NCBI RefSeq assembly: GCF_009914755.1
Contig: NC_060933.1
Direction: 5' to 3' (one strand)
DNA length: 64,000 nucleotides
DNA from: the human T2T-CHM13v2.0 reference genome, Homo sapiens
A program made the position numbers and the translations under genes. A model generated the notes under the pieces. The model had not been told where the DNA came from and made no database searches. It was given only the letters and a program-made list of their open reading frames with translations. Every line of letters begins with the position of its first letter. Positions within the stretch are counted from its first letter, which is position 1. Below are positions 28,001 through 42,695 of the stretch, piece after piece.

Positions 28001-28559
28001 CTCCGGATTCATTCTTGACCCTCCCAGTCCCGGGTTCTCTCCTCCTCTGGGTTCTATCACACAGTCTGGGTGGACAGCTCACAAGAGCCCCAGAGACCTC
28101 AGCCCCTCATGGAGAGTTCTCATGGGTGCATATTATTTGTTATGCTTGACTTCCTGAAAGCAGGGACTTAAAATTGTTTCTGATAGCCCTTCACCTTCCA
28201 AAACAGTCACTGAGTGAAGCTGGCGCGCAATGAATTATGCTGATGAAGGCAGACTCCTTTGGGCAGATGAAGCTTCCAGTGGGTGCTTATTGGCTCTGAT
28301 CACAGCATTTCTGGGATGGAAAGGACCCTGCCAGGCCTCTCCTAGGACAGCAAAGGCAGCATCACCTGGGGCCAGTCCAAGCTCCTCCTGCAGGGTCAAG
28401 GCAGCCAAGCCACAGCCTCTGCTCTCCAGTGTTGTTTTGTTTTTAGCTGACCCCAGCATCCAACCAGACTTCCAGTGTCCAGGGTGATATCTGCGCCTCA
28501 TCTCCAGGCTGAACAGCTTCAATTCTCTGAAAAGTGCTTATTACTAAAGGGCTGGTAAG

Positions 28560-28750
28560 GCTAGGCGCAGTGACCTATGCCTGTAATCCCGGTGCTTTGG
28601 GAGGCTGAGGCAGGAGGATCACTTGAGGCCAAGAGGTCAAGGCTGCAGTGAGCCGTGATCACATCACTGCACTCCAGCCTGGGTGACAGAGTGAGACCCT
28701 GTCTCTAAAACAAACAAACAACAACAAAAAAAACAAAAACAAAAATAAAA
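28560..28750 (+). mobile_element. Alu monomer (FLAM/FRAM-like)
   Basis: Single arm ggctaggcgcagtgacctatgcctgtaatcc...gagaccctgtctct followed by an A-rich tail. Confidence 0.85.
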
Positions 28751-30447
28751 CACCTGAAGAAGCCTGTCTTCATTCATTAGAGGATGCAATTAAGCCTGGG
28801 CCAGGACGCCTGCCTTCCAGGTGGTTAAGGGAGTTCAGCAATGGTGACCACTCTGTACACATCGTGGTTGTGGTCCCTGAACTTGGCTTTATTAGACTTG
28901 CCCTTGAGAGGGGGCAGAAGGCCCACATGCCACAGGCATCACTGTGCTGGTGGTGGCTCATGCAGTCCTGCAGAGGTGTGGAGAAGAGTCCCTCACCCTG
29001 AGAGGACACTGGGGGTCGAAGGCTGCCCGAGGCCGCCAGGCTGGATGGGGAGACAATGTTGTCCCATGCAACTCTGTGAAGAATCATTCATTTCTCACTG
29101 TGGTGGACAGCAGAGACCAGGGTCCTGGGCTGCAGGGGTCGGAGCTGCCGCCAGCTGGTTCTGCCTCCCAGTGAGGCTGTGTGGGCCGGGGCAGGAGGGC
29201 TTTGGAGCAATAGCAGTTCCTAACAGTTGATCCTTTTGAGCCCAAGCCCTCCAAATTTGATCACCAGCTCAAGGTTCTGTGAGCTGCCAGACCCATAAAT
29301 CCAGCTGCCTCTCCCCCTCTCCATGGAGACCCTCAAAGTCATCTTGAAGATGCTCCACGTTGTAAAACGATATCACTCCCAAGCTTCATGGGGTCTTCCC
29401 AGATGTCCCAGTTTCCGAGGCTGGCATGACCAGTCACCTGGTTCATTCTCAGTCTAGGACTCAGACTCATCCTTGTCCCCTCATTTCCCAAATGTGGGCT
29501 GTGAACAGCTGAGTAGATGTTTTAGCTGAAATGTCCCCAAACACCCTTCCATCCAGTCTCCTCACTGCAGCCTGCATGATCTCTTCAAACAATGGATGCT
29601 CTGGTCCAGCCTCCTTGCCCAGCTCTGCCCTCTCCAGGTCTTTCCTACCTGCTGCTCCCCTCATTCTGAGCCCCACCACTAGGCGGGGTCCCTTGAGCCC
29701 TGAGGGGCCCGGCTCCGTCCTCCTAGGGCCTCACAAATGCCTACTCGGCGCCTGGTCCCTGCTCCAGCCTCACTTCCGTAGGCAACCTCTCCAACTCAAG
29801 GCCGGGTCAGCCTGATGCCCCTGTGCTCCCTTCTGAACGTGGCCTTCCCTGTGGACCTCCTGTCTCACTTCTCAGAGTGTGACGATGCACCATGGAGGCC
29901 ACAGGGGATCCCATGTATGTCCCCTTCCATCCCCCTCCAGCCTCCCCATTGCTGCCGGCCACCTGGGCACAGAAGTCCTGTCTGTTTCACTTCCTATTTC
30001 CTCCTGTTCCTATGAGGGAGGCGCTCAGCCTGATTCTGTGGAGTGAGTGAGTGGAGGCTGGGGAGAGGGAAGAGGGTGTGTGGATGGAGGAGGGGTGGGC
30101 AGGGGACGCGAGAGCAGCCAGATCCTGGGCAGGGTGAGGAACGAAGGTGAGGACGCAGCCCCTGGGGAAGCTCAGGCGGAGCTGGAGGAGCCTGCGGCTG
30201 CGTGGAGGGTAACAAGAGTCAGAAGCCACAGTGGACAGCCACGGTCCCCACAGGCTTACCTGTTCAGGCAGCACAGTGGGCTTAGGGAATGTTGACAGGC
30301 ATGGGTTTCCCTTCTCGACCTGCTTTGAAATAAGAGCCAAGGACAGCACACCCTGTCAGGGAAACAGACAGTGCTGGAATTGGGTGACTTTGAGGAAGGT
30401 TCATACACAAGGGACTGTTTCCAAAAGTGTGGGTGTCTGGAAGGCAG

Positions 30448-30920
30448 TGTTGGTAGACAGAATAATGTCCCCTCAAGGGGCCCACATGTGAATGCCTGGT
30501 CCTGTGCATGTCATCTTCACATGGCACCAGCACCCTCGCTGATGGGACTTGGGACAGGATCTTCAGGTGGGGAGAGGCCATGATGAGCCAGGCAGATGCA
30601 GCATCATCTCAGGGTCCCTCCATGCAGGAGGGAGGGGTCAGGGGAGGAAGTGTGACAGCAGCAGCAGGACCCGGAGAGCAGATGCTGAGTGGAGACCAGG
30701 AGGGGAGGACCGGGCAGCAGCCCAGGGCCTTGGGCAGCCTGGGAAGTCCGAGAAGGCAGGAGGAGCCCCCAGCAGGAGCCCGCCCTGCCCAGACCTTGAC
30801 TTTCGCCCAGCAAGACTGATTTTCAGTTTTGTCTTCCAGGACAGGAGGGTAATAAGTTTGTGCTGCTTGAGACTGCCAGGCTGTGGTGAGACCTTAGAGC
30901 AGCGTCAAGAAACACACGCA
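30448..30920 (+). mobile_element. MLT1-family (MaLR) solo LTR, MLT1D-like
   Basis: Starts tgttggtagacagaataatgtcccc; ends aataagtttgtgctgcttgag...agcagc...gaaacacacgca, like MLT1 termini. Confidence 0.7.
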
Positions 30921-33404
30921 GGCAGGAACCGGAGGCCGTCCCCATCCAGCCATGACCGGCTCCAGGCCTGGGGCCGCCACAGGAGGGTCACGTTGGAGGA
31001 GCCCCAAGGAACACAGCTGTGAGAGTCACCCCGGAAGAGGAGCACGGCCTGCAGCCCACGACAGAGCCAGCTGAGGTGGCCTCGCAGGAAGGAGCTGGGA
31101 GGCTCAGCGCCTGGCCCCAGCCTGCCCCTGCCCCTGCTATCCTTCTGGGGTTCCCCGGGGGCTGGACCCCAAGGAAGCTGGCAGGACAGGAGCCTGTGTG
31201 AGCTACACCCTGCAGCTAAGCCACAGACAACAGATGGCGGACAACAGAGCCTGGGGGTGGGAGGACAGGCTGGTCACACCGTGGACCACAAGGTCAGGAG
31301 CCATGAGAGGCTAGGGGCCTGTGGGCTGGACCTGGGGAAATAAGCATCCCCTTCGCAAGTCTCAAGCGATGCCCTCGGATGGGCCCCAGCTTTGCTCTGC
31401 ATCCGAATCCTGAGAGGAACCTGCAAAAAATACAGACATCCAGGCCCCACCCAGCAGCATCTGAATAAGACACTGAGTGGGGGAGGGGAGGGGGCGGTGG
31501 AGGGAGGCTGAAGGTGGATGCTTACTGCTGCACCCGCTTCCTCCCCCACTGTCTTCCTAGTAGCTCCCTTCCTGGGAGAACGACGTCCTGTCCTCACAGC
31601 ATATCTGGAGACTCAGTGTCTGACTCAACACGACCATGCCCTTGACTCTGAGTGGAATACATGGGTCGCTTGTCTGGAATCCATGTGTGCCCGGTATCCC
31701 ATGAGCTTGGCACTAGAATTAGCTTTTGGAGAGAGACTGGCAACTGCAGTCTCTTTTGGTTCCTCAGTAAACTGGAGGGACCTGAACTTTGCCCAGGCAG
31801 GCTTGACGTTCTGTTTATTCCACATATCATTGCTTCTGCGAGGACCTTCTCAAAACATAGGTGGTGTCTATTGCCCTCAAAGATGAAGAATCATCATAAC
31901 CAAAAATGTGATATGTCCACAGTGGATGAATTAGCATAATAGTGAAGTGTTTGACTGTCCAGGGCTGCATTTAGATGAAGACTGAACTCACGCTGTCCAC
32001 CTTGCTCACGAGTTGACATATACTTCCATATGGCACAGTTCAGGAAGAGATTGAACTCGGCTAAGCAATCCTTTTGTGACTTTGTATTTGACGATCCTAA
32101 CTGGAGGAGGAAGCAGGAGTGAGAAGGAGGAACTGGAGTGAGAAGCAGGAGCTCCTAACAATGCAGGAGACACAGGCACCATGCGGAGAAACGCCCAGCG
32201 GCCCTTCATGACCCAGAGCCGGGGAGCTGGGTGCGGGCAGAGGCCGCTGCACATTCACCACGCTCACGCCACGTGCCGGCCTCAGGCTTGACAAGCTCAG
32301 GCCTTTGGTTAAAGCCTTTCTAGCACATCAATATACTTTTCATTCACAACCTATGCTGAAGTAAAGTGCACTCTACGTGGACAATATTCACAGCAATTTT
32401 AGAGACAGGTCTTATCCTCCCTATATCACTCCCAGTCATTGGTCCCACCTCTAAGAGGAAGACAAGTCTCTTAATAGTCAACAGACAGCTTCCAAAGTTT
32501 GTCTCTCTCCTCTAAGTATCACTGGATCTTCTTTTGTTCACAAGGATGCAGAACAATGTTCCAAGTACTGTTACGTTTCTAAACTTTAAGATTGTTCATT
32601 TTTAAGAAACAAATAACTATAACCACATAATTATGTATAACCAATAACTATAACCTTGATAATCTTTCAACATACTCCAAAAGGAAACTTTGAGTCCATT
32701 TTACATTCAGCAAGTTAATATTAAACTATGTGGCACATCAAAAGCTTTAAATTAATAATGTGTGTTTTAAATGTTACAAACCGTGTCAAGTGTACATCTA
32801 ATATATGAACTAACAACTTAAAATACTACTGTTGAGTCGGCTATGAGTTCCTTGTAGTTAAATAAGTTATTACAAAGAGTATTGTTATAAAAGGTATGTG
32901 CTATGCCAAGCAATAACAAGATGTAGATGTGGTCACAAGCTAGCTATAGTAAAATGAAAAGAAAAAAACTCTGCTTGAGACCTCTTTTGTGTCATGATTT
33001 ACCATAATTTTGAAGCAAAGTGTTTACAGCTGCTATTAAAATTAAAATTGAAGGGGAGAAACAAAGCACCCTGAAATTTGAATGAAAATTAAAAAGAAAA
33101 AAGTATATGAGCTGTCATACAGTATTTGTGTTTTCCTAGGATGCTAGATGTTACTACAAACTAAATCTCAAAAATATTTAAATAGTCTGAAAAATAAAGA
33201 TCTATATAGACTACACTTTTGGAAAACTTCAGAACATTATCGAGAATTTAGTAAAGTGTTCTTTTTATTATAACACTGATTCAACTATGTGGTCAAATCA
33301 CTCATTAGTCTTCTAGGTAGTCTTTAAGAAAAGGAGTATGATGGAATGTTCTATCTTCTTAAGTCAAATCTACACAAGGATATTAAATCACATTAGAGTT
33401 TTGT

Positions 33405-33992
33405 TTTTTTTTAAATAGAGATGGGGTTTCCCTCTGTTGCCCAGGCTGGAGTGTAGTGGTGAGATGACAGCTCCCTGAAACTTCGACCTCCCTGGCTCAA
33501 GCCATCCTCCCGCCTCAGCCTCCTGAGTAGCTGACTATAGGCTCACATCACGCTGGGTTCACTTTACATTTTTTTTTTTTTTTTTTTTGAGACAGAGTCT
33601 TGCTCTGTCACCCAGGCTGGAGTGCAGTGGTGCAATCTCGGCTCACTGTAACCTCTACCTCCGGGTTCAAGCCATTCTTCCTGCCTCAGCCTCCTATGTA
33701 GCTGGGGTTACAGGTGCCTGTACCATGCCCTGCTAATTTTTGTATTTTAGTAGAGACAGGGTTTCCCCATGTTGGCCAGACTGGTCTCAAACTCCTGACC
33801 TCAGGTGATCCGCCCACCTTGGCCTCCCAAAGGTGGCCAAGGCATGAGCCACCATGCCCGGCCCACTTTACTTTTCGTAGACATAGGGCCTCGCTATGTT
33901 TCCCAGGCTGGTCTCAAACTCCTGGCCTCAAGCAATCTGCCTACCTTGGCCTCCCAAAATGTTCGGACAGATGTGAGCCACCACACCTAGCC
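33405..33992 (-). mobile_element. Old Alu split by a younger Alu (~33567-33864)
   Basis: Two nested Alu sequences with cactttac repeated on both sides of the inner Alu (TSD). The unsplit old Alu is at 61275-61540 in copy B. Confidence 0.88.
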
Positions 33993-34270
33993 TAGAAATG
34001 TCTTACTTGCAGAAAGGTTCTAAAATGGCTAATTAAAGATTTTGGCATACTTAAATTAGTCCAAAAGATGAAACCTATTCTTTCAAATCAATGGATTGAT
34101 GTGAGTAAGCATCACCAACCAAACAAGGAAACAACACAGATGGTGAAGCTCAGGTAACTTTTTCTTCACCTGTCCTTGTTGGATCAGCTGCTAGACGCTG
34201 ATGACAAGCTCTATCATTTTACAAACTTCATGATTGTCAACTACAAGCTACAACAATTAAATATTCCTGG

Positions 34271-34638
<368 letters not shown>

Positions 34639-35984
34639 TCACCCATTTTGCTAATATAATGTATAAGATATGTTCTACAATAAAACTTTACAGCTGCTAA
34701 TATAAATAGCAGTATTCAGTTTATTCCAATTCTGAAATTAGTTCACCAAGGAAAAAAAAAGAATCAGGTACCATGTAAAGAATAACTGAAAATCCAGAAA
34801 TACCATATTCCCAGATATTATCTTACCACTAATCATGATTTCGTATTTTATGCTATTAATTGAATAAATTCTGCTATTAGAATTTTGGAATTAAAAAAGC
34901 TTTTATTATTCTGATACCATCAGTTAGTTGTTTGCCAACTACTTTTTCTTAAAGGTCAGTGAATTGTGAAAGGCATATGTCACAGAAAATATAAGACACC
35001 TTGTGTTGCACTTTAAAAATCAAATTTTGGAGTTGGAATTATACTATTTAACTACTTTCTATGCTAGGTAATGTCACAAACTACTTTAAAATAGTTACAT
35101 ATAACATATAAATATTCATGAAACACAGGTTATATGTATAACTAACACCCATGGGTGTGGAAAAATACCATTCACTCCCAGTGTCTTATGCAATAAAAGA
35201 AATGTTTACTAACCCATTTACAAGGGCACATTTGCAATCTTTTCGCTATTGGCTCAGCCTCTTTTTAATGAATGTCCACAATCACTAAGTGATACCGTGG
35301 CAAACTCTACTCTTCCGAGATGGCTAAGAGACAGCTAATGATCATCACATTTTGTGAATAATTCCAAAGACCATAAAAAATGTACGTTGTAGGAAAATAT
35401 AACTTTCAGCAAAAGCCACTTTTTCTGATGCTGCCGACCTGTGTATCAGGTGTTCTTGGAGGTGCAGCTATTTAGACACGACACCCTCCCTTCAGATGAT
35501 GTAATCTTAAGGAATTTAGCAATTATGTGATTTACTAACATAAGACAGTATTTACTGACACGACCAGACAAACTGAAAAGGTCTTCTCACCTACTCCTGG
35601 AGTCTTCCCAGAATCCAGACACCCAGTGTAAGAAAACAGGTGTTGAAAGCTCTGCTGTCACTTCAAAGAGAATAATCACAACAATAAATGCAAAAGATAA
35701 TGTACTAGAAACTGTGAAAATCTTAACCTAAGGTATGAAAATGTTCAAATAAAAATACTACTGCATGCTAAGCACACAGCAACAAAAAGAAGCACTGCAG
35801 AAATGGTTGTGAAGCTTTATGAGAGTAAAAACAAATGAAGAGGGGAAAACACAACAACCATTAAGAAATAAGGACAAAGAAGGCATTGAGGGAAAGAAGC
35901 ACAGAAAAAAAGATTATCCCTGAAAGAAAATCTGTTGACTAAAAAAATCTGTTCTAAATACTTAATTTAAAAATGTCTATTCTA

Positions 35985-36292
<308 letters not shown>

Positions 36293-37088
36293 CTAACACA
36301 CTGTCATTTGGGAGGCCTACAAAAACATTTCCTTAAAAAATTACCATGACTTCAACTATATTTTTAAAAAGCCTTGACACTTGGAAAAGACTATGATAAT
36401 AACTAGAATAACTTGTCTCACTATTTACTTAGAAATATTCTATTTAAAAGTCGACCAACAATAGGAACTTTGCAATTGCACAACAGAGAAAGTAAATGAA
36501 TAACACTCAGTGGCCATGGCGTGTTTCCCCATCTACTAGAACATTCTGTGACTTACACCATCTACCCTGAACCATTCACCACGTCTCCATTCACGCAGTG
36601 ATTCAAATAGAGTTCCTGTGTTCATTCCACAATAAACCTCAGTAATTCGCACATCACAGTACTTGTAACCATTTGATAACAGAAAGAGAACGAGTCTTCA
36701 TATATGAGTTTCTTGTAGACACAGATAGCTGGGTCTTGATTCGATCCAACAGCCTCTTTCTTTTAATTTGCATATGTACATCACTGATGTTTAATTATTG
36801 ATATATGTGGATTAAGAGCTACTTACTATATTTGTTACTGTTTTCCATTCTTTCTCCATGTCTTCCATTCTTTTTCTTCTTTCTCTTGTTTCAGTTGAGC
36901 ACTTTATATGATTTGTTTTTTCTCTTTTCAGGGGGGCACAGGTTCTATAGTCCAATTATTAGGCCTGAGTCTTATAATGAGTCTCTGGGCTGTGATCTTC
37001 AAATGTGATTCTCAGTCCCTGGCCCTGCTTAGCTGGGATGGGATAGCTATGGGGAGCTAGATTTGGGTGTTTCCTTTCCCTCAGATTA

Positions 37089-37494
<406 letters not shown>

Positions 37495-38221
37495 TCAGGT
37501 TTGTCCATGTTGAGCCTCCAACAATCTATCAATGACAGTTTAGGTTTCCTTGCACTCACATTGGTTCCTGCGGAGGTTTCTACTCATGGGCTTCTGCTCC
37601 ACTATATTCAACGCATTCAACACGCTAGAACCCTTGCAGGAAACCATGAACATTGTCTCTACTTGGCAGCTGTGGACACATAAATCCAAATCACACCCCT
37701 GCACCTGCCAGAAGCAAAGGATGCCCGTGATCAAGGGTTTGACCCCAAGTCAAATGTCAGTTTCTGACCCCAAAGCCTTCAGGAACAAACACCCTCGTCT
37801 CCTCTGCCTTCATTCCTCTCAAGTCTAACATGTCTGTCTCTTCCTTATTATAATAAAAGTGGAAGCAGATTCAAGGAAATTAAGTTACTCCTAACACACA
37901 GCTTGAATCCAATATTTGATTACAGGGTGTACCCTGCATTCTTCATGGCACTTCATACCACAAGGATGGCAAAACACAAGACTCTGAGCAGGTCAAATTC
38001 CAGTGGCAGAAACAAGATGCATCTCCAGAAAACAGTAAAGATGCCATAACGGAGATAAAGACAATAAGCACTGCGAGAGGTCAGAGGGAGACCAGATGCC
38101 CAGAGCTCCAAAAAGCTGACGATAACCTTCACAGACAGGTAGGAGGTGCATACCCAGAAAAGACAGGACATGTTCGGGCAGTTCTACTCACTCCAAGTTC
38201 AGCTCATCCTAACAAAGATGA

Positions 38222-38576
38222 TGATATGGTTTGGTTGTGTCCCCACCCAAATCTCATCTTGAATTGCAGCTCCCATAATTCCCACAGGTCATGGTAGGTA
38301 TCTGGTGGGAGGTCATTGAATGTCTTTCCTGTGCTATTCTCGTGACAGTGAATAAATCTTACAAGATCTGATGGTTTTATAAAGGTAAGTTCCCCTGCAC
38401 ATGCTCTCTTGCCTGCTGCCATGCAAGACGTGACTTTGCTCCTCCTTTGCCATCCACCACGATTGTGACGCCTCTCCAGCCATGCGGAAACTCTGAGTCA
38501 ATTAAACCTCTTTCCTTTGCAAGTTACCCAGTCTTGGGTAATGTCTTTATTAGCAGCATGAGAACAGACTAATACA
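38222..38576 (+). mobile_element. THE1B-like (MaLR) solo LTR
   Basis: tgatatggtttggttgtgtccccacccaaatctcatcttgaa...gagaacagactaataca termini. Confidence 0.88.
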
Positions 38577-38927
38577 GACAACTTGCCAAATTAGACGGGC
38601 AACTCGCATTCTTCTCAATCCCTCCCTGCCGGAGGAACAAGCATCTCAACTGAGACGTGCCCCAGTCACCACCCATGTTCCCAAGTCAGCACCTTGACCT
38701 GGTTTCCACATCTCCATCACTAGCACGGAACTCTTGTTGGGGTCATAAAGCTTACTTATTTTGCTTTTGTCTTACTTCTTACCTATGTTTCAGAGTTCAG
38801 AAAGAACATTTAACTAAGATGAAAACTGTATTGTACAGACACTTTGACCTTGATGACATGAGTCACATTTTACAACAAAATGCAGATGCCTTATAATTCT
38901 AGTGCATAAGGGCTTCCAAGACCATCA

Positions 38928-39020
38928 AGCAGTTCTCAAACTTCAGTGTGCAAAAGACTGACTGAGGTGCTTATTTAAAATGCAAATTTTGGGGCCCCAA
39001 CCCAGAGATTCTGATTCAAA
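38928..39020. mobile_element. MER5-type DNA transposon fragment
   Basis: cagttctcaaacttcagtgtgca...ttaaaatgcaaatt...cccagagattctgattca resembles MER5A. Confidence 0.6.
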
Positions 39021-39501
39021 GGGTACTCAATATATTATCTTGTTAGAGGTTAATTTAAAACTTTGAATATTCAATTGCAACTCTTTACTTCATTTTAGAG
39101 TTTTAGCATTGCACACATAGCAAATAAACATTTATTAATTTTATACTTCTCTGCACATACAGCAAATCAACATTTATTAATTTTATACTTCTTTGCCATA
39201 AACAGGGTGTGCATCCCTGGATAGCAGTGAGCCCTTCAGTGACCTCTGCCCTGGGTCAACCGACATTCGTTCCCATTTTAAAGAGGGACAGAGGACAGAG
39301 AGGAAAGATCACCTGCTTCAGGTGACACACCAGGTAAGAACTGGCATGGAAACTAACAACTACGTCTCTTAGATTTCTTACATCAGAAATAGATGTAACA
39401 TCAACCAGCCCTGGTTATCTACTCTGTGGAGTTCACACTAAGGAAAAAGAGACACTGACTTAAAGTAAAGACATTTTCTTTCTCTTTCTTTTTTTTTTTA
39501 A

Positions 39502-40230
<729 letters not shown>

Positions 40231-40768
40231 CGCACAGTGTTTAAAATACTCCTCTAAGGAAACAATTCCAGCCTGGGTCTAGGCAGCTTTCTAGGGTTTT
40301 GCTTGGGCAAACAGTGTTATTTCCAAAGTGTCCTGTAACCTGCTGAGTTTAGGAGAAGGAGTGGAAATTCAGAGCTCCCTTGATCCAGGAGCCAGAAGAT
40401 TAATGTTTTGGGGGTCAGCAGGGGGTTGCTGTGACGGGTGTGAGTGGCACCACACCGGACAAATGCCCCCATGTTTTGGTCATCACACAAACCAGTTCTT
40501 GTCAAATTCCTCCCCAGAAAGTTTCCTGTGGCTCCAGGCCATGGGGCTGGGATGGTGCAGATTTTAAATCATGGAAACTTCAAGAACATACCTACTCTTC
40601 CTCTCTCCTCTCTGTCCAAGGAGCCCCCATCTGAGTACAGACTGACCGTCACCCACCTACAATAAACTACATCTCTGAGCAAAACACCAGCTGGGCTGGC
40701 AGGTCAGAAGGCAGCTTCCCCAGGTCACTACCCGCCAGGAAGCACCCAGCGACCCACGCACCACTCAC

Positions 40769-41055
40769 TTTGTCGCCCCTCTGCTGCCCTCGTCGTTGTC
40801 GGAAGATGACGATGTAGAAGAGCCAGGGAAGTAGGCGGAATCCACGTGGTTGGGGCTGCTGCTCTGGGCCGGGTTGATGGGCAAGGACCGCTCATACAGC
40901 GGCGTGTGCTTCCCTTCGTGAGGAATGTTGCTGTAGCTGTTCTGCTCCGTCAGATTCTTCCCGCTCGTGTCCAAAGTGAGAGGTGCTGGCTCAGAGAGGC
41001 TGTACGGGTATGGACCCTGGCCCGGGGCGCCCCCTGGGCTGGGCACCTGTGGGGC
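40769..41055 (-). pseudogene. C9orf129: FAM120A-derived exon (287 nt) of the antisense chimeric gene
   Basis: Minus acceptor cccttcgcttcag|, donor ACAAA|gtgagt. Open frame APQVPSPGGAPGQGPYPYSLSEPAPLTLDTSGKNLTEQNSYSNIPHEGKHTPLYER...SSSSDNDEGSRGAT matches the recalled FAM120A low-complexity region. Confidence 0.88.
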
Positions 41056-41270
41056 CTGAAGCGAAGGGCACAGGTCACGCACACGTGGCCAGCAGGACCC
41101 GACTCAGGCCCAGGCTGACGTTTCCTGGCTCATTTTTATTTCAACAAACACTGGCATCTATTTCACGTATCAATTCAAGAGGTTAGGAACTTATTTTAGC
41201 ATTCGTTGAAATTCAATGCATACACCGTGTCTGAGACCCGCCACCCGACCCAACGCAGGGAAGGCCTTAC

Positions 41271-41371
41271 CACGGGCTTTGCTTGCAGAGAGGTCTGCGG
41301 AATGTTGAGCATCTGAGGAGGAACATGCGGCGGCACCATCCCAGGCATTCCAAACGGACCGGGTCTGGCTG
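41271..41371 (-). pseudogene. C9orf129: FAM120A-derived exon supplying the ATG (41348) of the chimeric ORF
   Basis: Minus acceptor ttttctttctgtgttggtgaag|cag| (NAGNAG, start 41371 or 41368), donor GTG|gtaagg. Encodes (AARPGPFG)MPGMVPPHVPPQMLNIPQTSLQAKPV, joining the next exon in phase 0 across a retained 215-nt intron, so this is a genomic and not a retroposed duplicate. Confidence 0.86.
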
Positions 41372-42695
41372 CTTCACCAACACAGAAAGAAAAGAATCAC
41401 ACAGCTGTGAACAGAATGCGTTTTCCAGGGCATCCTGGGGGCCAGCCCATGGCGCCAGGGATCTCACCCTCACCTGGCTCAGACATCGACACCACCATGG
41501 GTCCCACTTCTCAGAAATCATTACAAATTGCCATTTCACAGTAAGGAAAACTTAATTTTATGATGCTCCATTTGATGGACTCGGGCTGGGATTCTAACTT
41601 TCCAGATTTCTCAGTGAACTTGCCATAGTGGTTCTGCTCTCGTGTACTTCCTGAGGGCCTCGGCTGTCCCTCTGCCTGCAACTTGGTGGGGATTCTCTGT
41701 AACTCAGTCTCCCTGCTCAGGGCTGCTCCTAGCCTGAGGTCTCCGTGAAACCAGAAGCCCTGGCAGGCATGAAAGGAACAAAGTCGGACCGAACAGTTTC
41801 CTTTACCTTTGTCAAGCAAGAGGACTTTTCTATTTAAAGTACATTGCAACTACCATTAGGTTCTCAGCTAACTAGTGAGTTTTTAAATTTAAAAGGAATT
41901 GTTTTTCATTGTTCAGCAATTAGGTTACACACTTTAACACGTATTACAAGACGAGTAATTTGTGATTCTGTGTTCTCTTAAAACATAATTTCATAAACCT
42001 GCCTGATGTGTGCTGCCATGTGCTAGTCATCATTCCCACACTACGTTGCAAATTGAAGAAATCTGTTAGGGGAGTGAAAGCCATGTGGAGGAACTGAAGC
42101 AGGACAGCAGGACGAGGAGCCGGGCCAGCCTGAAGCTGGGACAGAAGGCAGGGGCTGGAAGCCTCCACATTCAACACTGCATCTGGCCTTGAGGGATCTA
42201 AGGACAGGAAGAGAGCTCAGGGGCCATGTCAGCCAAAAGAAGTGAATGAGTGAGTAGATGGTGCCCATAAAGGGCTGTTCCAGAGACAGCACAAGACCCG
42301 CAGTAACAAGGACCGAATGGGGCCCAAACGTCAACAGCACTTCCAGACACCACCAGCAGGAAACAGGAGGACATGGGACACAGACCCCTAGGAGCTGCAC
42401 TCCCTCTCAGAACACTTAGGTGCTGAGTGCCGATGATGTGTCAGGCTGAGAACTGGACTGGAGGATGCCAGGAGCCCTAAGGCGGTGTCAGTAAGACACA
42501 TACTACTGAAGACACAGAGAAAATACAAAACCTGAGTGAGACACAACAGATCCACCAGGGGCTTGCACGGCTGCACCATCTCTTCCTTGGGTTTATTTTA
42601 AATGTTGAAGAAAACCAAGCCTAGAGCTTCCTGACTCCAATTTCCCTCTTTAAGCAGTAGATATGCTTCTACAACCTCTTCATCTGAACACCAGG

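Noticed and set aside
39108-39192. ~42-bp direct duplication (a similar 33-bp one lies at ~62483-62548)
   Set aside because: Ordinary local slippage duplications with no sign of function.
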